Positions 10,352 through 21,305 are shown, counted from the stretch's first letter. The stretch: DNA of 64,000 nt from Thiomicrospira sp. (GCA_034005865.1 JAVETW010000004.1:669-64668), one strand, 5' to 3'. The notes: generated by a model from the sequence alone, not told the origin. Program-made: numbers and translations.

Positions 10352-11380
10352 ATGCAACATCTAAGTTCACTGCCTTATGCCTATGGCGGTCCGGTGACAC
10401 GTGGCACTTTAAAAGCGCAACCCGCTGATTTTCAAGTTGAAGAACAGATAGCCTATCCGTTGAGCGGAGCGGGTGAGCACGTTTGGCTTTGGGTTGAAAA
10501 ACAGGGCGAAAATACCGACTGGGTAGCGCAGCAATTAGCCAAGTGGGCTGGTATTCGTTTGCGTGATGTCGGTTATGCCGGTTTAAAAGATCGCCACGGC
10601 ATTACACGCCAATGGTTTAGTTTGTATCTGCCCGGACAAGCCTCGCCTTTAGCGGAAACGTTTCGACAGCCTTCGGTGCGCATTTTAGAGATGACACGCC
10701 ATCAGCGTAAATTACAAACCGGGGGGTTGAGCGCTAATCGCTTTATTCTAACCTTGCGTCAGTTAGATGGTGAACGCGCTGAAATTGAGCAACGTTTGCA
10801 GCAAATCTCGACACAGGGTGCGCCCAATTATTTTGGCGAACAGCGTTTTGGGCGCAATGAGTATAATTTGGTGATGGCACAACGTCTGTTTGATGGTGAA
10901 CTCACGCGATTGCGTCCGGCGCAGCGCGGGCTGTATATTTCGGCGGCGCGTTCGTTTTTGTTTAATCGGTTGTTGGCGCAGCGTGTAGCGCAGCAAACTT
11001 GGCAGCAGGCTTTGTCGGGTGATGTATTTCAGTTGGAAGGCTCCGATAAGTGGTTTGTTGATGATGGTTCGGCTGATTTAAGTGAGCGTGTGGCGCGCGC
11101 CGACATTCATCCGACAACGGCGTTGGTGGGCGCGGGCGCGTTGCCTAGTTTTGGTGGGGTGGCGCAAGCGGAGCAGGCGTTGTTGGATCAACACGCGCTT
11201 TGGTGCCGAGCGCTGGCCGATTTGGGATTAACGCAAGAGCGGCGCGCGTTGCGTGTTATGGCGCAAGATATGCGCTGGCAGTGGCTGGGTGAAGATGTGT
11301 TGGAGGTGGCGTTTACCTTGCGACCCGGGCGTTATGCGACGGTGTTATTGCGTGAGTTATTGGTGAGTAAAGAGGGCTGA
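10352..11380 (+). CDS. truD: tRNA pseudouridine(13) synthase
   Basis: It carries PADFQVEE, GLKDRHGITRQWFS and NYFGEQRFG, which are TruD signatures. Confidence 0.9.
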   Translation: MQHLSSLPYAYGGPVTRGTLKAQPADFQVEEQIAYPLSGAGEHVWLWVEKQGENTDWVAQQLAKWAGIRLRDVGYAGLKDRHGITRQWFSLYLPGQASPLAETFRQPSVRILEMTRHQRKLQTGGLSANRFILTLRQLDGERAEIEQRLQQISTQGAPNYFGEQRFGRNEYNLVMAQRLFDGELTRLRPAQRGLYISAARSFLFNRLLAQRVAQQTWQQALSGDVFQLEGSDKWFVDDGSADLSERVARADIHPTTALVGAGALPSFGGVAQAEQALLDQHALWCRALADLGLTQERRALRVMAQDMRWQWLGEDVLEVAFTLRPGRYATVLLRELLVSKEG

Positions 11381-11382
11381 GT

Positions 11383-12168
11383 ATGTGGGATTTATTATTT
11401 AAAACGGCGATGAGTTTTCGCGATGCGAAGTTGTGGCTTTGGTTGATGTTGCCGTTTGTGTTGGCGATGGTGTTGGTGTCGTTGTTGGGCTATGGTTCGA
11501 TTGCGTATGTGCTCAATAGCGATTGGTTGTTGAGCAGCGCGTGGTTTGTTGAGGTGAATCAACAGGTTGATGAAGTGGAGAGTTGGTTGCTCGGCGTGCC
11601 GTTGATTGGCGCGGGTTTGGTGTGGTTTTTTACGCTGTTGTTTGGGGTGATTATTGGTTTGGTCACGCTGATTTTAGGCAGTTATTTGGTGTTGTTGTTT
11701 GCGATGTTTATTACCGGGTTTTTAACCGATATATTGATTAAGACGGTGCGCAATAAGGATTATCCTGGCGTGATTTACCAAGGCCACGGCAGTGTATGGG
11801 GAATGTTACTGAAGGTGGGCGGATATGGATTGGGGTTGTTGTTACTGTTTATCCTTACCTTGCCGATTTTGTTGATTCCGTTGGTGAATATTGTGTGGTT
11901 TTGGATGCTGGGGTTTTTGTTCTTCCGCTACGTTATGGTGTTAGATGTGGGTCAGGTGCTGCTGTCACACCCGCAGCATCAAGCGAGTAAATCGTTTCAA
12001 AATTGGACGCCAACACTCACGCTGGGTGTGTTGTATAGCTTAACCTTGTTGCCGTTTGTCAGTTTTTTTGTGCCAGTGTGGGCGGTGATTGCGTTGGCGC
12101 ACTATCATTTGGCGCGTTTGCAGGCTGAGTCGGGCGAGGTGTTGGTGAAAGAAATGAGCACCTCTTAG
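11383..12168 (+). CDS. polytopic membrane protein (EI24/CysZ-like, tentative)
   Basis: It has five or six hydrophobic helices and starts 2 nt after the truD stop. The family assignment is from memory only. Confidence 0.6.
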   Translation: MWDLLFKTAMSFRDAKLWLWLMLPFVLAMVLVSLLGYGSIAYVLNSDWLLSSAWFVEVNQQVDEVESWLLGVPLIGAGLVWFFTLLFGVIIGLVTLILGSYLVLLFAMFITGFLTDILIKTVRNKDYPGVIYQGHGSVWGMLLKVGGYGLGLLLLFILTLPILLIPLVNIVWFWMLGFLFFRYVMVLDVGQVLLSHPQHQASKSFQNWTPTLTLGVLYSLTLLPFVSFFVPVWAVIALAHYHLARLQAESGEVLVKEMSTS

Positions 12169-12171
12169 GAT

Positions 12172-12356
12172 TTGTTGACTATTGATTTTTGAACCACAAC
12201 GACATGAAGGCACAATGTTTTTTACGACATTGTTTGAGAACTAGGTGATTGATGTTTCAGGGGCTTGTTTGTGTTAAGCGCTTTGGCTGAGCTATAAACC
12301 GATTTGGCAACGCACTAAAGCCTATTTTATCAGTCGGTTACAGCGAATATTAACAG
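12172..12356 (+). mobile_element. MITE-like element, copy 4
   Basis: TTGTTGACTATTGATTTTTGAACCACAACGACATGAAGG ... GAATATTAACAG. It begins immediately after the stop codon at 12166-12168. Confidence 0.55.
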
Positions 12357-12557
12357 CGTTTTAGCGTGGGCGTTCCTTCTCTCCTGTCGTGATCAAACAG
12401 GTCACGGCGATTCATTAAATGACGGATTTTTTATATTTTTGTTACGACTTTGTATCGCTTTTGTATAATGTCGTAAAAAGGTATCGCGTTTGTGCGGTAA
12501 GTGTGTTATTTTGAATTATTTTAAATAATTTGCACTATTTGATGCGGAGGCAGGTCA

Positions 12558-15500
12558 ATGCGAAATAATGGGCCGGTAACACAACAACAGATTTCGATTC
12601 CGGAGCACTATATTCTTAGTACCAGTACCAATTTACAGGGAACGATTTTATCCGCGTCGGAGGATTTTCTAAAAATCAGCGGTTACTGTCGTGAAGAGAT
12701 GATTGGGCAGCCGCATAATCTATTACGCCACCCCGATGTGCCGTCGGCGGTGTTCGCCGATATGTGGCAGACGTTAAAAGCTGGTAAAAGCTGGACCGGC
12801 ATTGTGAAAAATCGCGCGAAGAACGGCGATTTTTATTGGGTGCAAGCAAATGCGTCGCCGATTGAAGAAAACGGGCAAGTGGTGGGCTATATTTCGGTTA
12901 TAACGCCTGCCAGCGCTGAACAGATCGCCGAGGCGGAGCGTTTGTATGCGGATGTGGCGCAGGGGCGGTCTGTGCTTTGGCAAGGTGTGGCGCTGACCAA
13001 CGCGCAAGCGCGTTGGCAGCGTTTTAGCTTAAAGGGCGGCTTGAGTGTCACGTTATTGAGTTATTCGGCGTTGATTTTGGTGCTGGGGTTGTCGTTGTTG
13101 GGCGCGGTGTTTTATCAAGCACAAATTGCGCCGATTGTAGAGCAGGAGTTGGCGCGGGAGGTGACCCAAGCGCAAGCACAAATTCGCGCTCCGATCGCAT
13201 CAAAGGCGATGTCAGCGGCGGATATTGCGGCTACAGCAGCGATGATGCCGGAAATAAAACAAGCTTTAGCAGGCCTGGTGCCGCGTAGTGTTGCTGAGCA
13301 ACGCTTGGCTGAGGTGCAGGCACATTTTGCCAAAATCACCGATTATAAAAATATTCGTTTTCAGTTATACGATCGTGATCGGCGTTCGTTTATGCGTTCG
13401 TGGGCGTTAGCGGAATTTGGTGATAGTCATGTGGATAGAATTCGTGATCGCGCCTTTGAAGAAAAGCGAGTGATTGGGGATTTATCGATTCATAAAAACG
13501 GCTTTGGGGTTGGCGCTACCGGTTATGCGCCGGTGTTTTATGGCGAAGAGCTGGTGGGGGTGATTTCTGCTTCCGGCGGTGTCGGCTCAATCGTGCGCGA
13601 ACTTAAGACCCATGGAACGGATTGGGTGATGGTGATTGATCAGTCGGTGTATGGCGATAAAATGCCTCCGACCCTAGCGAAGAACACGCCGTTTCGTTCA
13701 GGCTATGTGCTAGCGCATAATCGTTGGTTTGATGAAAAAGCCGTGGCGTATTTAAGTGCGCAGATGCCGACCTTGTTACAAGGAGAGGCGGCGCAGGCGT
13801 ATTTTGTCGGTGAGCAAATTTTAATTGATATTCCGGCGTATAACCCGGTGGGTGAGGTGATTGGCCGTCATTTAATTGTGAAATCGGCGCAGGCGATACA
13901 TGATCAAATTGCGCAGGCGCGCGAACAGGTGGTGATGTCGTTGCTCGGCGTGGTGGCGGTAGTGGTAGTAATTATACTGATTTTGCTCGCCTTGATTACA
14001 ACACGGGTGATTTCGCCGTTAAAACGTTTGTCGGCCTCGATGAGCAATATGGTGAAAACCGGGCGTTTTAATGACCGTGTGGTGCGTCTGGATAATGGCG
14101 ATGAAATTAGTCAAATCGCGAATGCGTATAACCAGTTTGCCGGTAATGTGCAACGCGTGATTACCAATGTGAATGATGTGATGTCGTCAGTGGCACAGGG
14201 GCAGTTTAACGTGGCGGTGACCGACAGTTTACAGGGCGATTTGGCGGTGATGAAAGACGCAGTAAACGGCTCGGTGTTGAGTGTGCGCGATACGATGCAA
14301 GCACTCGAGGTGGTGATGGAAGCCTTGTATCATGGCGATTTTAGTGCGCGTATGCCCGACTCGATAAAAGGCGAATTCCGCGAAAAAGTGGATCAAGCGG
14401 TGGCGGCGTTGAAACTGACCATTGATGATGTCAACGGCGTGATGAACTATATGAGCGAGGGTAAGTTCCAGCATCGAATCGAGTCCGATGCGCGTGGTGA
14501 CTTATTACAGTTAAAACAAACGGTGAATCAGTCGATGGACGCACTCGAAAGTGCGATTAAAGAGATTACCGAAGTCAACGTGGCCATGTCGCAAGGGGAT
14601 TTAACCCATTTAATTCATGGCGATTATCACGGTGAATTGCGCTTGTTAAAAGAAGCGGTCAATTCGTCGATTATGCGTTTGGAGGGAATCGTGTCAGTGG
14701 TGGTGGAGGCGACGCGCGTGGTCGAAGGCGCATCGGCGGAAGTTTCGCATGGGTCGCATGATTTGAGTGATCGCGTGCAACGTCAGGCGGCGGCGATTGA
14801 GCAAACGTCGGCGACGATGGATGAAATGAATTCGACGATTCAACACAATACGCAAAACGCGAATCAGGCGGCCGAGTTGGCGAGTAATGTGCAAACGCAA
14901 ATTGTGCAGGGGTCGCAAGTAATGACGCAAACCATTGAGGCTATGGCGGAAATCCAAAAATCCAGCCATAAAATTGCCGATATTGTGACCCTAATTGACA
15001 GTATCGCGTTCCAGACCAATTTGCTGGCGTTGAATGCGGCGGTAGAAGCGGCGCGCGCCGGTGATCATGGGCGTGGCTTTGCCGTGGTGGCGGGTGAAGT
15101 GCGTTCGTTGGCGCAGAAGTCGGCGGACGCGGCGCGTGATATTAAAGCATTGATTGAAGAAAGTGTGACACGCATTGATCAAGGCACCAAATTGGCCGGA
15201 GAGTCCGGGCAGGTGTTAAACGGCATTACCGATTCGATTCATCAGGTAACCGATATGGTGAATCAAATTTCGAAAGCGTCGAATGAGCAAGCGGCAGGGA
15301 TTCATCAGGTGCATGAAGCGATTAATAATATCGACCAAATGACGCAACAAAATGCGGCATTGGTTGAGGAAACCACGGCGGCATCGGAAAGCATGAGCGA
15401 GCAGGCAAAAAACCTTGCGCAAGAAATGGCGTTCTTTAAAACCCATGGTACGGCGGCGCAAGCGCAGAAAATGCTTGCGCCTAAGCGTCCGGCGGCTAAA

Positions 15501-15563
15501 GCCCCGCCGATAAAAACCAAGCCCGCCTTGGCGAAGAAGGGCGATGATTGGGCCGAGTTTTAA
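12558..15563 (+). CDS. methyl-accepting chemotaxis protein: N-terminal PAS, TM, about 275-aa periplasmic domain, TM, five tandem HAMP units, MA domain
   Basis: The Aer-type PAS start is MRNNGPVTQQQ...NLLRHPDVP...KNGDFYW. It has two TM segments, repeated G(D/Q/K)F...G(D/E)L HAMP-like units, a signalling tip ([20 protein letters not shown]) and a C-terminal DDWAEF. Confidence 0.95.
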   Translation: MRNNGPVTQQQISIPEHYILSTSTNLQGTILSASEDFLKISGYCREEMIGQPHNLLRHPDVPSAVFADMWQTLKAGKSWTGIVKNRAKNGDFYWVQANASPIEENGQVVGYISVITPASAEQIAEAERLYADVAQGRSVLWQGVALTNAQARWQRFSLKGGLSVTLLSYSALILVLGLSLLGAVFYQAQIAPIVEQELAREVTQAQAQIRAPIASKAMSAADIAATAAMMPEIKQALAGLVPRSVAEQRLAEVQAHFAKITDYKNIRFQLYDRDRRSFMRSWALAEFGDSHVDRIRDRAFEEKRVIGDLSIHKNGFGVGATGYAPVFYGEELVGVISASGGVGSIVRELKTHGTDWVMVIDQSVYGDKMPPTLAKNTPFRSGYVLAHNRWFDEKAVAYLSAQMPTLLQGEAAQAYFVGEQILIDIPAYNPVGEVIGRHLIVKSAQAIHDQIAQAREQVVMSLLGVVAVVVVIILILLALITTRVISPLKRLSASMSNMVKTGRFNDRVVRLDNGDEISQIANAYNQFAGNVQRVITNVNDVMSSVAQGQFNVAVTDSLQGDLAVMKDAVNGSVLSVRDTMQALEVVMEALYHGDFSARMPDSIKGEFREKVDQAVAALKLTIDDVNGVMNYMSEGKFQHRIESDARGDLLQLKQTVNQSMDALESAIKEITEVNVAMSQGDLTHLIHGDYHGELRLLKEAVNSSIMRLEGIVSVVVEATRVVEGASAEVSHGSHDLSDRVQRQAAAIEQTSATMDEMNSTIQHNTQNANQAAELASNVQTQIVQGSQVMTQTIEAMAEIQKSSHKIADIVTLIDSIAFQTNLLALNAAVEAARAGDHGRGFAVVAGEVRSLAQKSADAARDIKALIEESVTRIDQGTKLAGESGQVLNGITDSIHQVTDMVNQISKASNEQAAGIHQVHEAINNIDQMTQQNAALVEETTAASESMSEQAKNLAQEMAFFKTHGTAAQAQKMLAPKRPAAKAPPIKTKPALAKKGDDWAEF

Positions 15564-15582
15564 GCGGCGTTGAAAACAGTAT

Positions 15583-15609
15583 AAAGGCGAGCGTAGGCTC
15601 GCCTTTTTT
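15583..15609 (+). terminator. rho-independent terminator
   Basis: AAAGGCGAGC-GTAG-GCTCGCCTTT plus a T-run. Confidence 0.7.
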
Positions 15610-15945
15610 GTTTAGCAGGTGTATCTTGGTAGGGCTCAGCTCAGGCTGTCGAGTGGCGTGCCGCTTAATCGTGACGTTGTCGAGGCGTTGTTTATTCACC
15701 GTTTGCTTATCTGGTTTTTGCAGGCCTGCTAATTCATCGTATGCCATAAATCGCGTTATGGATAACGTCAAGAAAACTTAATTGTAAATTGGATTTTATT
15801 GTGCAAATATGTCCAAACGTGTGTGTTAAATGCTGCGTGTTCTGCGCGTGAAAAAACACTTTTTGTGTGATGTGTTAATAGTACAAATAAGAAGTGCGCT
15901 TAGCTTGTGCTAAAGACGCCTAAAAAATAAAGCGATGAGGATGTT

Positions 15946-18159
15946 ATGACAATTAAAAACCGAATGTTACTGTTGGTCTCCATTTTACTGGGCTTTGCGG
16001 TGTTGGCCGTGATAGTGGGTCTCAGTATTATGAAGTCCAACAATGAATCGCTAGAAGCCTTGTATGTTGACCGTGTTGTGCCGTTACAAGATTTAAAAAA
16101 CATCGCCGATTTATATGCGGTGAATATCGTTGATACTAATCATAAGTTGCGTAACGGCAATATTAATTGGGCGCAAGCGGAAAAGAATATTGCGAGCGCT
16201 AAACAAGAGATAGATCGTTTGTGGCGTGGTTATATGGCGACCACGCTCACACCCGACGAAGCGCGTTTAGCGAACCAAGCGCAAAGCTTAATGCAACCGG
16301 CTAACGTGGCGATTGATGAGCTCGAGCGCATGGTGAAAGCCAAGGATATGAATGGCTTGACGCAGTTTAGTGTTGCGCGCTTATATCCGGCGATTGATCC
16401 GATTTCAGCCGCGATAACCGATTTGGTGAATTTGCAGTTGGAGGTGGCCGCGCAGTTAAATGCACAAAATCAAGCCAGCTATCAGCGCACGTTAATGGTC
16501 AGTCTGGTTGTGGCTTTGTTGATTTTCGTATTTGCGGTCATTTTTGCGCGCTTCACGTTGCGCGCAGTGACGTTACCGTTAAATGAGTTGGTACGCGTAT
16601 CGACGCACGTATTAAGCAAAGGCGATTTCAGCGCGCGCGTGTCGGTGACGCGTATGGATGAAGTGGGACAGGCGGCCACTTCGTTTAACGAGTTAATTGA
16701 TAGTGTGGCAAAAGCGATTAAGGGCGCAAATCGCGTTGTCGGTGCCATCGCGCAATCGGATTTCAGTCAGCGTATTAATGGCGAATATGTCGGTGATTTA
16801 GATAAGTTAAAGCAAGGGGTGAATGCGTCGGCAGAGAGCGTGGCGTTTATGATGGGCGAGCTGTCGAAAGTGATGCAAGGCTTGCATAATGGTCAATTTG
16901 ATTTAACGATGGACGAGCGTGTACCGCGTGCATTTAGCGAGCAGGTAGAGAAAGCATTGCAAAGTATTAATCAGGTGATTGTTGAGATTAACGATGTGAT
17001 GCACTACATGAATGAGGGCAAGTTTCAGCACCGCGTAAATACCGAGGCGCGCGGGCAGTTAGAAGTGATGAAGCGTAATATCAACGGTTCGATGGATGCC
17101 CTTGAAAGCGCGATGAAAGACATTACGCGCGTTGTGGTCGCACAATCGAATGGCGACTTAACTCAAAGTATTAGCGCGCAATATCACGGCGAATTACGCA
17201 TTCTCACTGAGGCGGTGAATAGCACGGCCGCGCGCTTGACTGAGGTGGTGTCAAAAGCGGTGAATGCGTCAAATATCGTGTACTCGGCGGCGGATGAAGT
17301 ATCGAAAGGCGCGCAGGATTTAAGTCAGCGTGTGCAGGAGCAGGCGGCGGCGCTAGAACAAACCTCGGCGACGATGGATGAGATGAACTCGGCGGTGCAA
17401 AATAATACCGAAAATGCAAAACAAGCCACCGGCGTGGCGCGTGACGTGCAGAAAAAAGCCGCACAAGGCACCGAGGTCATGCAGCAGACAATTGATGCGA
17501 TGAACGCGATTCAAGAATCAAGCCATAAGATTTCCGATATAGTCACCTTGATTGATGGCATTGCTTTCCAAACGAATCTGTTAGCGTTGAATGCGGCGGT
17601 GGAAGCGGCGCGTGCCGGTGACCACGGGCGTGGTTTTGCGGTTGTGGCGGGTGAAGTACGCGCCTTGGCGCAAAAGTCGGCTGAAGCGGCAAAAGATATT
17701 GCTACGTTGATTAATGAAAGCGTCACTCGTATCGATCAGGGGACCAAGCTGGCCTCCGAATCTGGCGAAATGCTCGATAGTATTAATGCGGCGATTGAAC
17801 AAGTGACCGGTATGATTGAGCATATCGCACAAGCTTCCGCCGAGCAGGCCGAGGGCGTAAATCAAGTGCATAAAGCCATCAGTGACATTGATCAGGTAAC
17901 ACAGCAGAATGCCGCATTGGTGGAGGAAACGTCGGCGGCGTCGGAAAGCATGAGTGAGCAAGCGGCCGTGTTACGTGAGGACATGAGCTTTTTTAAAACC
18001 GCCAGCAGTGGCACGCGCAGCTTGCCTTCTGCCGCAAAAGCGAAACTGACTACACCCGCTTCGACAGCAAAGGTGAGCGCGCCGGTGAAAAAATCCGCTG
18101 GTTTACCAGCGCCGAAATCGGCTAGAATGTCGTCATCGGATGAATGGAGTGAGTTCTAA
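15946..18159 (+). CDS. methyl-accepting chemotaxis protein (helical-bundle sensor, five HAMP units, MA domain)
   Basis: It has a TM segment, a 4HB-like periplasmic domain, a second TM segment, poly-HAMP units, the [20 protein letters not shown] tip and a C-terminal DEWSEF. Confidence 0.95.
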   Translation: MTIKNRMLLLVSILLGFAVLAVIVGLSIMKSNNESLEALYVDRVVPLQDLKNIADLYAVNIVDTNHKLRNGNINWAQAEKNIASAKQEIDRLWRGYMATTLTPDEARLANQAQSLMQPANVAIDELERMVKAKDMNGLTQFSVARLYPAIDPISAAITDLVNLQLEVAAQLNAQNQASYQRTLMVSLVVALLIFVFAVIFARFTLRAVTLPLNELVRVSTHVLSKGDFSARVSVTRMDEVGQAATSFNELIDSVAKAIKGANRVVGAIAQSDFSQRINGEYVGDLDKLKQGVNASAESVAFMMGELSKVMQGLHNGQFDLTMDERVPRAFSEQVEKALQSINQVIVEINDVMHYMNEGKFQHRVNTEARGQLEVMKRNINGSMDALESAMKDITRVVVAQSNGDLTQSISAQYHGELRILTEAVNSTAARLTEVVSKAVNASNIVYSAADEVSKGAQDLSQRVQEQAAALEQTSATMDEMNSAVQNNTENAKQATGVARDVQKKAAQGTEVMQQTIDAMNAIQESSHKISDIVTLIDGIAFQTNLLALNAAVEAARAGDHGRGFAVVAGEVRALAQKSAEAAKDIATLINESVTRIDQGTKLASESGEMLDSINAAIEQVTGMIEHIAQASAEQAEGVNQVHKAISDIDQVTQQNAALVEETSAASESMSEQAAVLREDMSFFKTASSGTRSLPSAAKAKLTTPASTAKVSAPVKKSAGLPAPKSARMSSSDEWSEF

Positions 18160-18713
18160 TGAGTACAAACCAAAAACAAGATACGACCGAAAAAAAACGC
18201 GAAATTCGCTTACAGGCTGATCAAGATCAGTTTCTGACTTTTTTGTTGGGTAACGAAACTTATGGCATTGATATTTTACGCGTGCAAGAAATTCGCGGTT
18301 GGGAAAGCCCAACGCGCTTGCCGAATATGCCGCATTATGTGAAAGGCGTGATTAATATGCGTGGCGCGGTGGTGCCGATTATTGATTTACGCGAGCGTTT
18401 TAATATTAGCGAGCCGACTTATGATGAAAGCACGGTGGTGATTATTGTGCATGTGCATCATCGTAATGAAGGCGCGGATCACGACACGGTAAAAACGATT
18501 GGCTTGGTGGTGGATGGCGTGTCAGATGTTCACGATGTGAATTTGGCCGAACTTCAGCACGCGCCGTCTTTTGGCGATACACGTCGCGTGAGCGAGGAGT
18601 TTGTGCGCGGTTTAGCTACCTTGGAAGCGATAATGGTGATTATTTTGAATATCGATTTATTAGCGAATCAAGGTATTTTTGACGAAGTTAAACACTATTC
18701 AAGAAAACATTAA
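18159..18713 (+). CDS. cheW: chemotaxis coupling protein CheW
   Basis: FLTFLLGNETYGIDILRVQEIRGW...VKGVINMRGAVVPIIDLR. The TAATG junction overlaps the upstream MCP stop codon. Confidence 0.9.
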   Translation: MSTNQKQDTTEKKREIRLQADQDQFLTFLLGNETYGIDILRVQEIRGWESPTRLPNMPHYVKGVINMRGAVVPIIDLRERFNISEPTYDESTVVIIVHVHHRNEGADHDTVKTIGLVVDGVSDVHDVNLAELQHAPSFGDTRRVSEEFVRGLATLEAIMVIILNIDLLANQGIFDEVKHYSRKH

Positions 18714-18777
18714 TTTTAGCTAAAACTTATTATGGCTGAATTAGAATAATTTAGTTGAATTTAAGATGTTTGTTTTC

Positions 18778-18805
18778 AAAGCCCGCCTCGATAGCGGGTT
18801 TTTTT
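18778..18805 (+). terminator. rho-independent terminator after cheW
   Basis: AAAGCCCGC-CTCGATA-GCGGGTTT followed by seven T residues. Confidence 0.7.
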
Positions 18806-18954
18806 ATGCCTACGTGTTCGCACTTATTGCAGGCCTGCTAATAAACGAGATGTGGGTTTTTAATAAAAAGAGTTGATAGGCTTTGTTGTTTTTATGTTTT
18901 GTAAACAAGTTATAATTAAAAATTAATTTTTTGAACACATTAAAGAGGATGGCT

Positions 18955-21252
18955 ATGGGCTGGTTTAATAATCTAAAAATCCGCAATAAGTTGGTTTTGT
19001 TTGTGGTGGTGATGTTGCTCGCGCTGAGCATTAGCGGCTTTGTCGGTATTCGTGGCTTTTTGCAATGGGCAGACAATATGCAGAACGTCGGTGATGTGCG
19101 TTTACCTGGGGTACAAGCCTTAGCCAACCTCAATACTGAGCGTATGTCGATTCGTGCGCAAACGGTGGGCGTGTTTCAATACGATGGTAATTATAATGCG
19201 CAACAACCCTTACAGGCAATTATGGCTGAGCGTAATAAGTCGTGGACAGTAATTGACGCCAACTGGGAGGCGTTTGCCAAGTTGCCTCGTCAAACACAGC
19301 GCGGAGTTGAAGCCTATGCGCGCTTACAAAATGAATATAAAGCGTGGCGTGATATTTATGTCGATTTAGATCGTTTAATCGGCCAACTCAGCCAAACTAC
19401 GTCTAATAGTGAATATGATCGCTTGATGCGTGAGTATCGCGAAACCGCGGCGCGTATGGTGCCGATTTCCAACCAAATGGGCGCAACATTTGATGCGATA
19501 ACCACTAATAACGTAGCGTCAACGCAAGCGGCTGCAACGGCGGCGGTGAAACTTGCGCAGGATAGTAAATGGATTTTAGGTATTACGATGGTCGTTGCGC
19601 TGTTAGTAGCGATTTTAATGGGGTTTTTAATGGTGCGTGCAATTTCGCGTCCGCTGAACCAAATGGTGGGGGTACTGACTAATATTGATCGCAGCGGTGA
19701 CTATTCGTTGAAGCTTAACTATGCTTCGGAAGACGAAGTAGGTCAAGCGGCGACAGCATTAAATAATATGATGTCGAATTTGCAAAAAGCATTGAATAAC
19801 ACCAACCAAGTGGTGGGTGCGCTTGCAAAAGGTGATTTTACTCAGCGCATTCAAGGTCAGTATGCTGGCGACTTGAACCGTTTGCAACAAGGGGTGAATG
19901 GCAGTGCCGATTCGATAGCAACCACCATGAGTGAGATGTCAAAAGTGATGGATGCGCTGAGTGCCGGTGAGTTTAGCGTAAAAGTGAATGCGCAGTTGGC
20001 CGGGGATTATGGTGTGATGATGAAAAACGCCGCGCAAGCGATGACTTCGTTGAATCAAGCGATTAACGGTGTGATGGCGGTGATGGAGAAAATGCAACAA
20101 GGCCAGTTCAATGATCGGGTGACAGTCGAGGCGAAGGGCGATTTGCATAAGCTCAAAACGATGATTAACGATTCGATGAATGCGCTGGATTCGGCCATTC
20201 AAGATATTACCCGTATCACTGTAGCGCAATCCGAAGGTGACTTAACGCAAACCATTAGCGCACAATACCAAGGGCAGTTAGCGGTATTGAAAGAGGCGAT
20301 TAATAAATCGGTGGTAACGTTGGATGAAATTGTTTCGGTCGCGGTTGAAGCGGCGGATTCAGTCAGTCATGCGGCGCTGGAAGTCGCGCAGGGTTCGATG
20401 GATTTGAGCGATCGTGTACAGCGTCAAGCGGCGGCGATTGAGCAAAGTTCGGCCACGATGGAGGAGTTTAGCGCGGCGGTTCAAAACAATGCGCAAAACG
20501 CGACGGAAGCGACCCAAGTTGAGCGTCAAGTAGAAGCGAAAGCGAAACAGGCCGGCGAGGTGATGACGCAGACGATTGAGGCGATGAGCGCGATTCAGGA
20601 GTCGAGCCATAAAATTTCCGATATTGTCACCTTAATTGACGGCATTGCGTTCCAAACTAATCTGTTGGCGTTGAATGCGGCGGTAGAAGCGGCGCGCGCG
20701 GGTGAGCATGGTCGTGGTTTTGCGGTCGTGGCCGGAGAAGTTCGCGCCTTAGCGCAAAAATCCGCCGAAGCGGCAAAAGATATTAAAACCTTGATTAATG
20801 AAAGTGTAACGCGCATTGACCAAGGGACAAAGTTGGCGGCCGAATCAGGCGAAGTGATTCAAGAGATTACCACGTCGATTGAACACGCAACGCAAATGAG
20901 TGAGCAAATTTCACAAGCGTCTTCTGAGCAGGCTGAGGGCGTGCGTCAGTTGCAAGCGGCGATTAGTCAGATTGATGAAGGGACGCAGCAAAATGCCGCT
21001 TTGGTGGAAGAAACCTCGGCAGCAGCGGAAAGTATGCGTGAACAATCGGCGCGTTTAAGTGAGCGTATGGCGTTCTTTAAAACCACCGGCGCCAAACAAG
21101 GGGCGAAACAGCCAGCCAAGTTGAGCGCGCCTGCGCCTAAATTGGTTGCGCCGAAAGGGGCTGTAAAATCGGCTGAGGTGAAAAAGGTGTCTGCGTCGAA
21201 GCCTGCGCCGTCTAAATCCGCAAATAATGGGGACGACTGGGCTGAATTTTAA
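18955..21252 (+). CDS. methyl-accepting chemotaxis protein (helical-bundle sensor, five HAMP units, MA domain)
   Basis: It has the same architecture as the others and ends in DDWAEF. I chose ATG 18955 (MGWFNN) for its spacing from AAGAGG; the longest ORF starts at 18931 (TTG). Confidence 0.9.
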   Translation: MGWFNNLKIRNKLVLFVVVMLLALSISGFVGIRGFLQWADNMQNVGDVRLPGVQALANLNTERMSIRAQTVGVFQYDGNYNAQQPLQAIMAERNKSWTVIDANWEAFAKLPRQTQRGVEAYARLQNEYKAWRDIYVDLDRLIGQLSQTTSNSEYDRLMREYRETAARMVPISNQMGATFDAITTNNVASTQAAATAAVKLAQDSKWILGITMVVALLVAILMGFLMVRAISRPLNQMVGVLTNIDRSGDYSLKLNYASEDEVGQAATALNNMMSNLQKALNNTNQVVGALAKGDFTQRIQGQYAGDLNRLQQGVNGSADSIATTMSEMSKVMDALSAGEFSVKVNAQLAGDYGVMMKNAAQAMTSLNQAINGVMAVMEKMQQGQFNDRVTVEAKGDLHKLKTMINDSMNALDSAIQDITRITVAQSEGDLTQTISAQYQGQLAVLKEAINKSVVTLDEIVSVAVEAADSVSHAALEVAQGSMDLSDRVQRQAAAIEQSSATMEEFSAAVQNNAQNATEATQVERQVEAKAKQAGEVMTQTIEAMSAIQESSHKISDIVTLIDGIAFQTNLLALNAAVEAARAGEHGRGFAVVAGEVRALAQKSAEAAKDIKTLINESVTRIDQGTKLAAESGEVIQEITTSIEHATQMSEQISQASSEQAEGVRQLQAAISQIDEGTQQNAALVEETSAAAESMREQSARLSERMAFFKTTGAKQGAKQPAKLSAPAPKLVAPKGAVKSAEVKKVSASKPAPSKSANNGDDWAEF

Positions 21253-21267
21253 TCCCAACTCCACCTT

Positions 21268-21305
21268 GCCCCTAAGGCCTGATTCAAGTCTTAGGGGCTT
21301 TTTTT
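21268..21305 (+). terminator. rho-independent terminator
   Basis: GCCCCTAAG-13 nt-CTTAGGGGC followed by seven T residues. Confidence 0.75.

Noticed and set aside
15900-15945. Sigma-28 (FliA)-like promoter TAAAGACG-N-GCGATGAG upstream of MCP2
   Set aside because: The -10-like element ends only about 8 nt before the ATG, leaving no room for a leader or RBS, and the match to GCCGATAA is weak.
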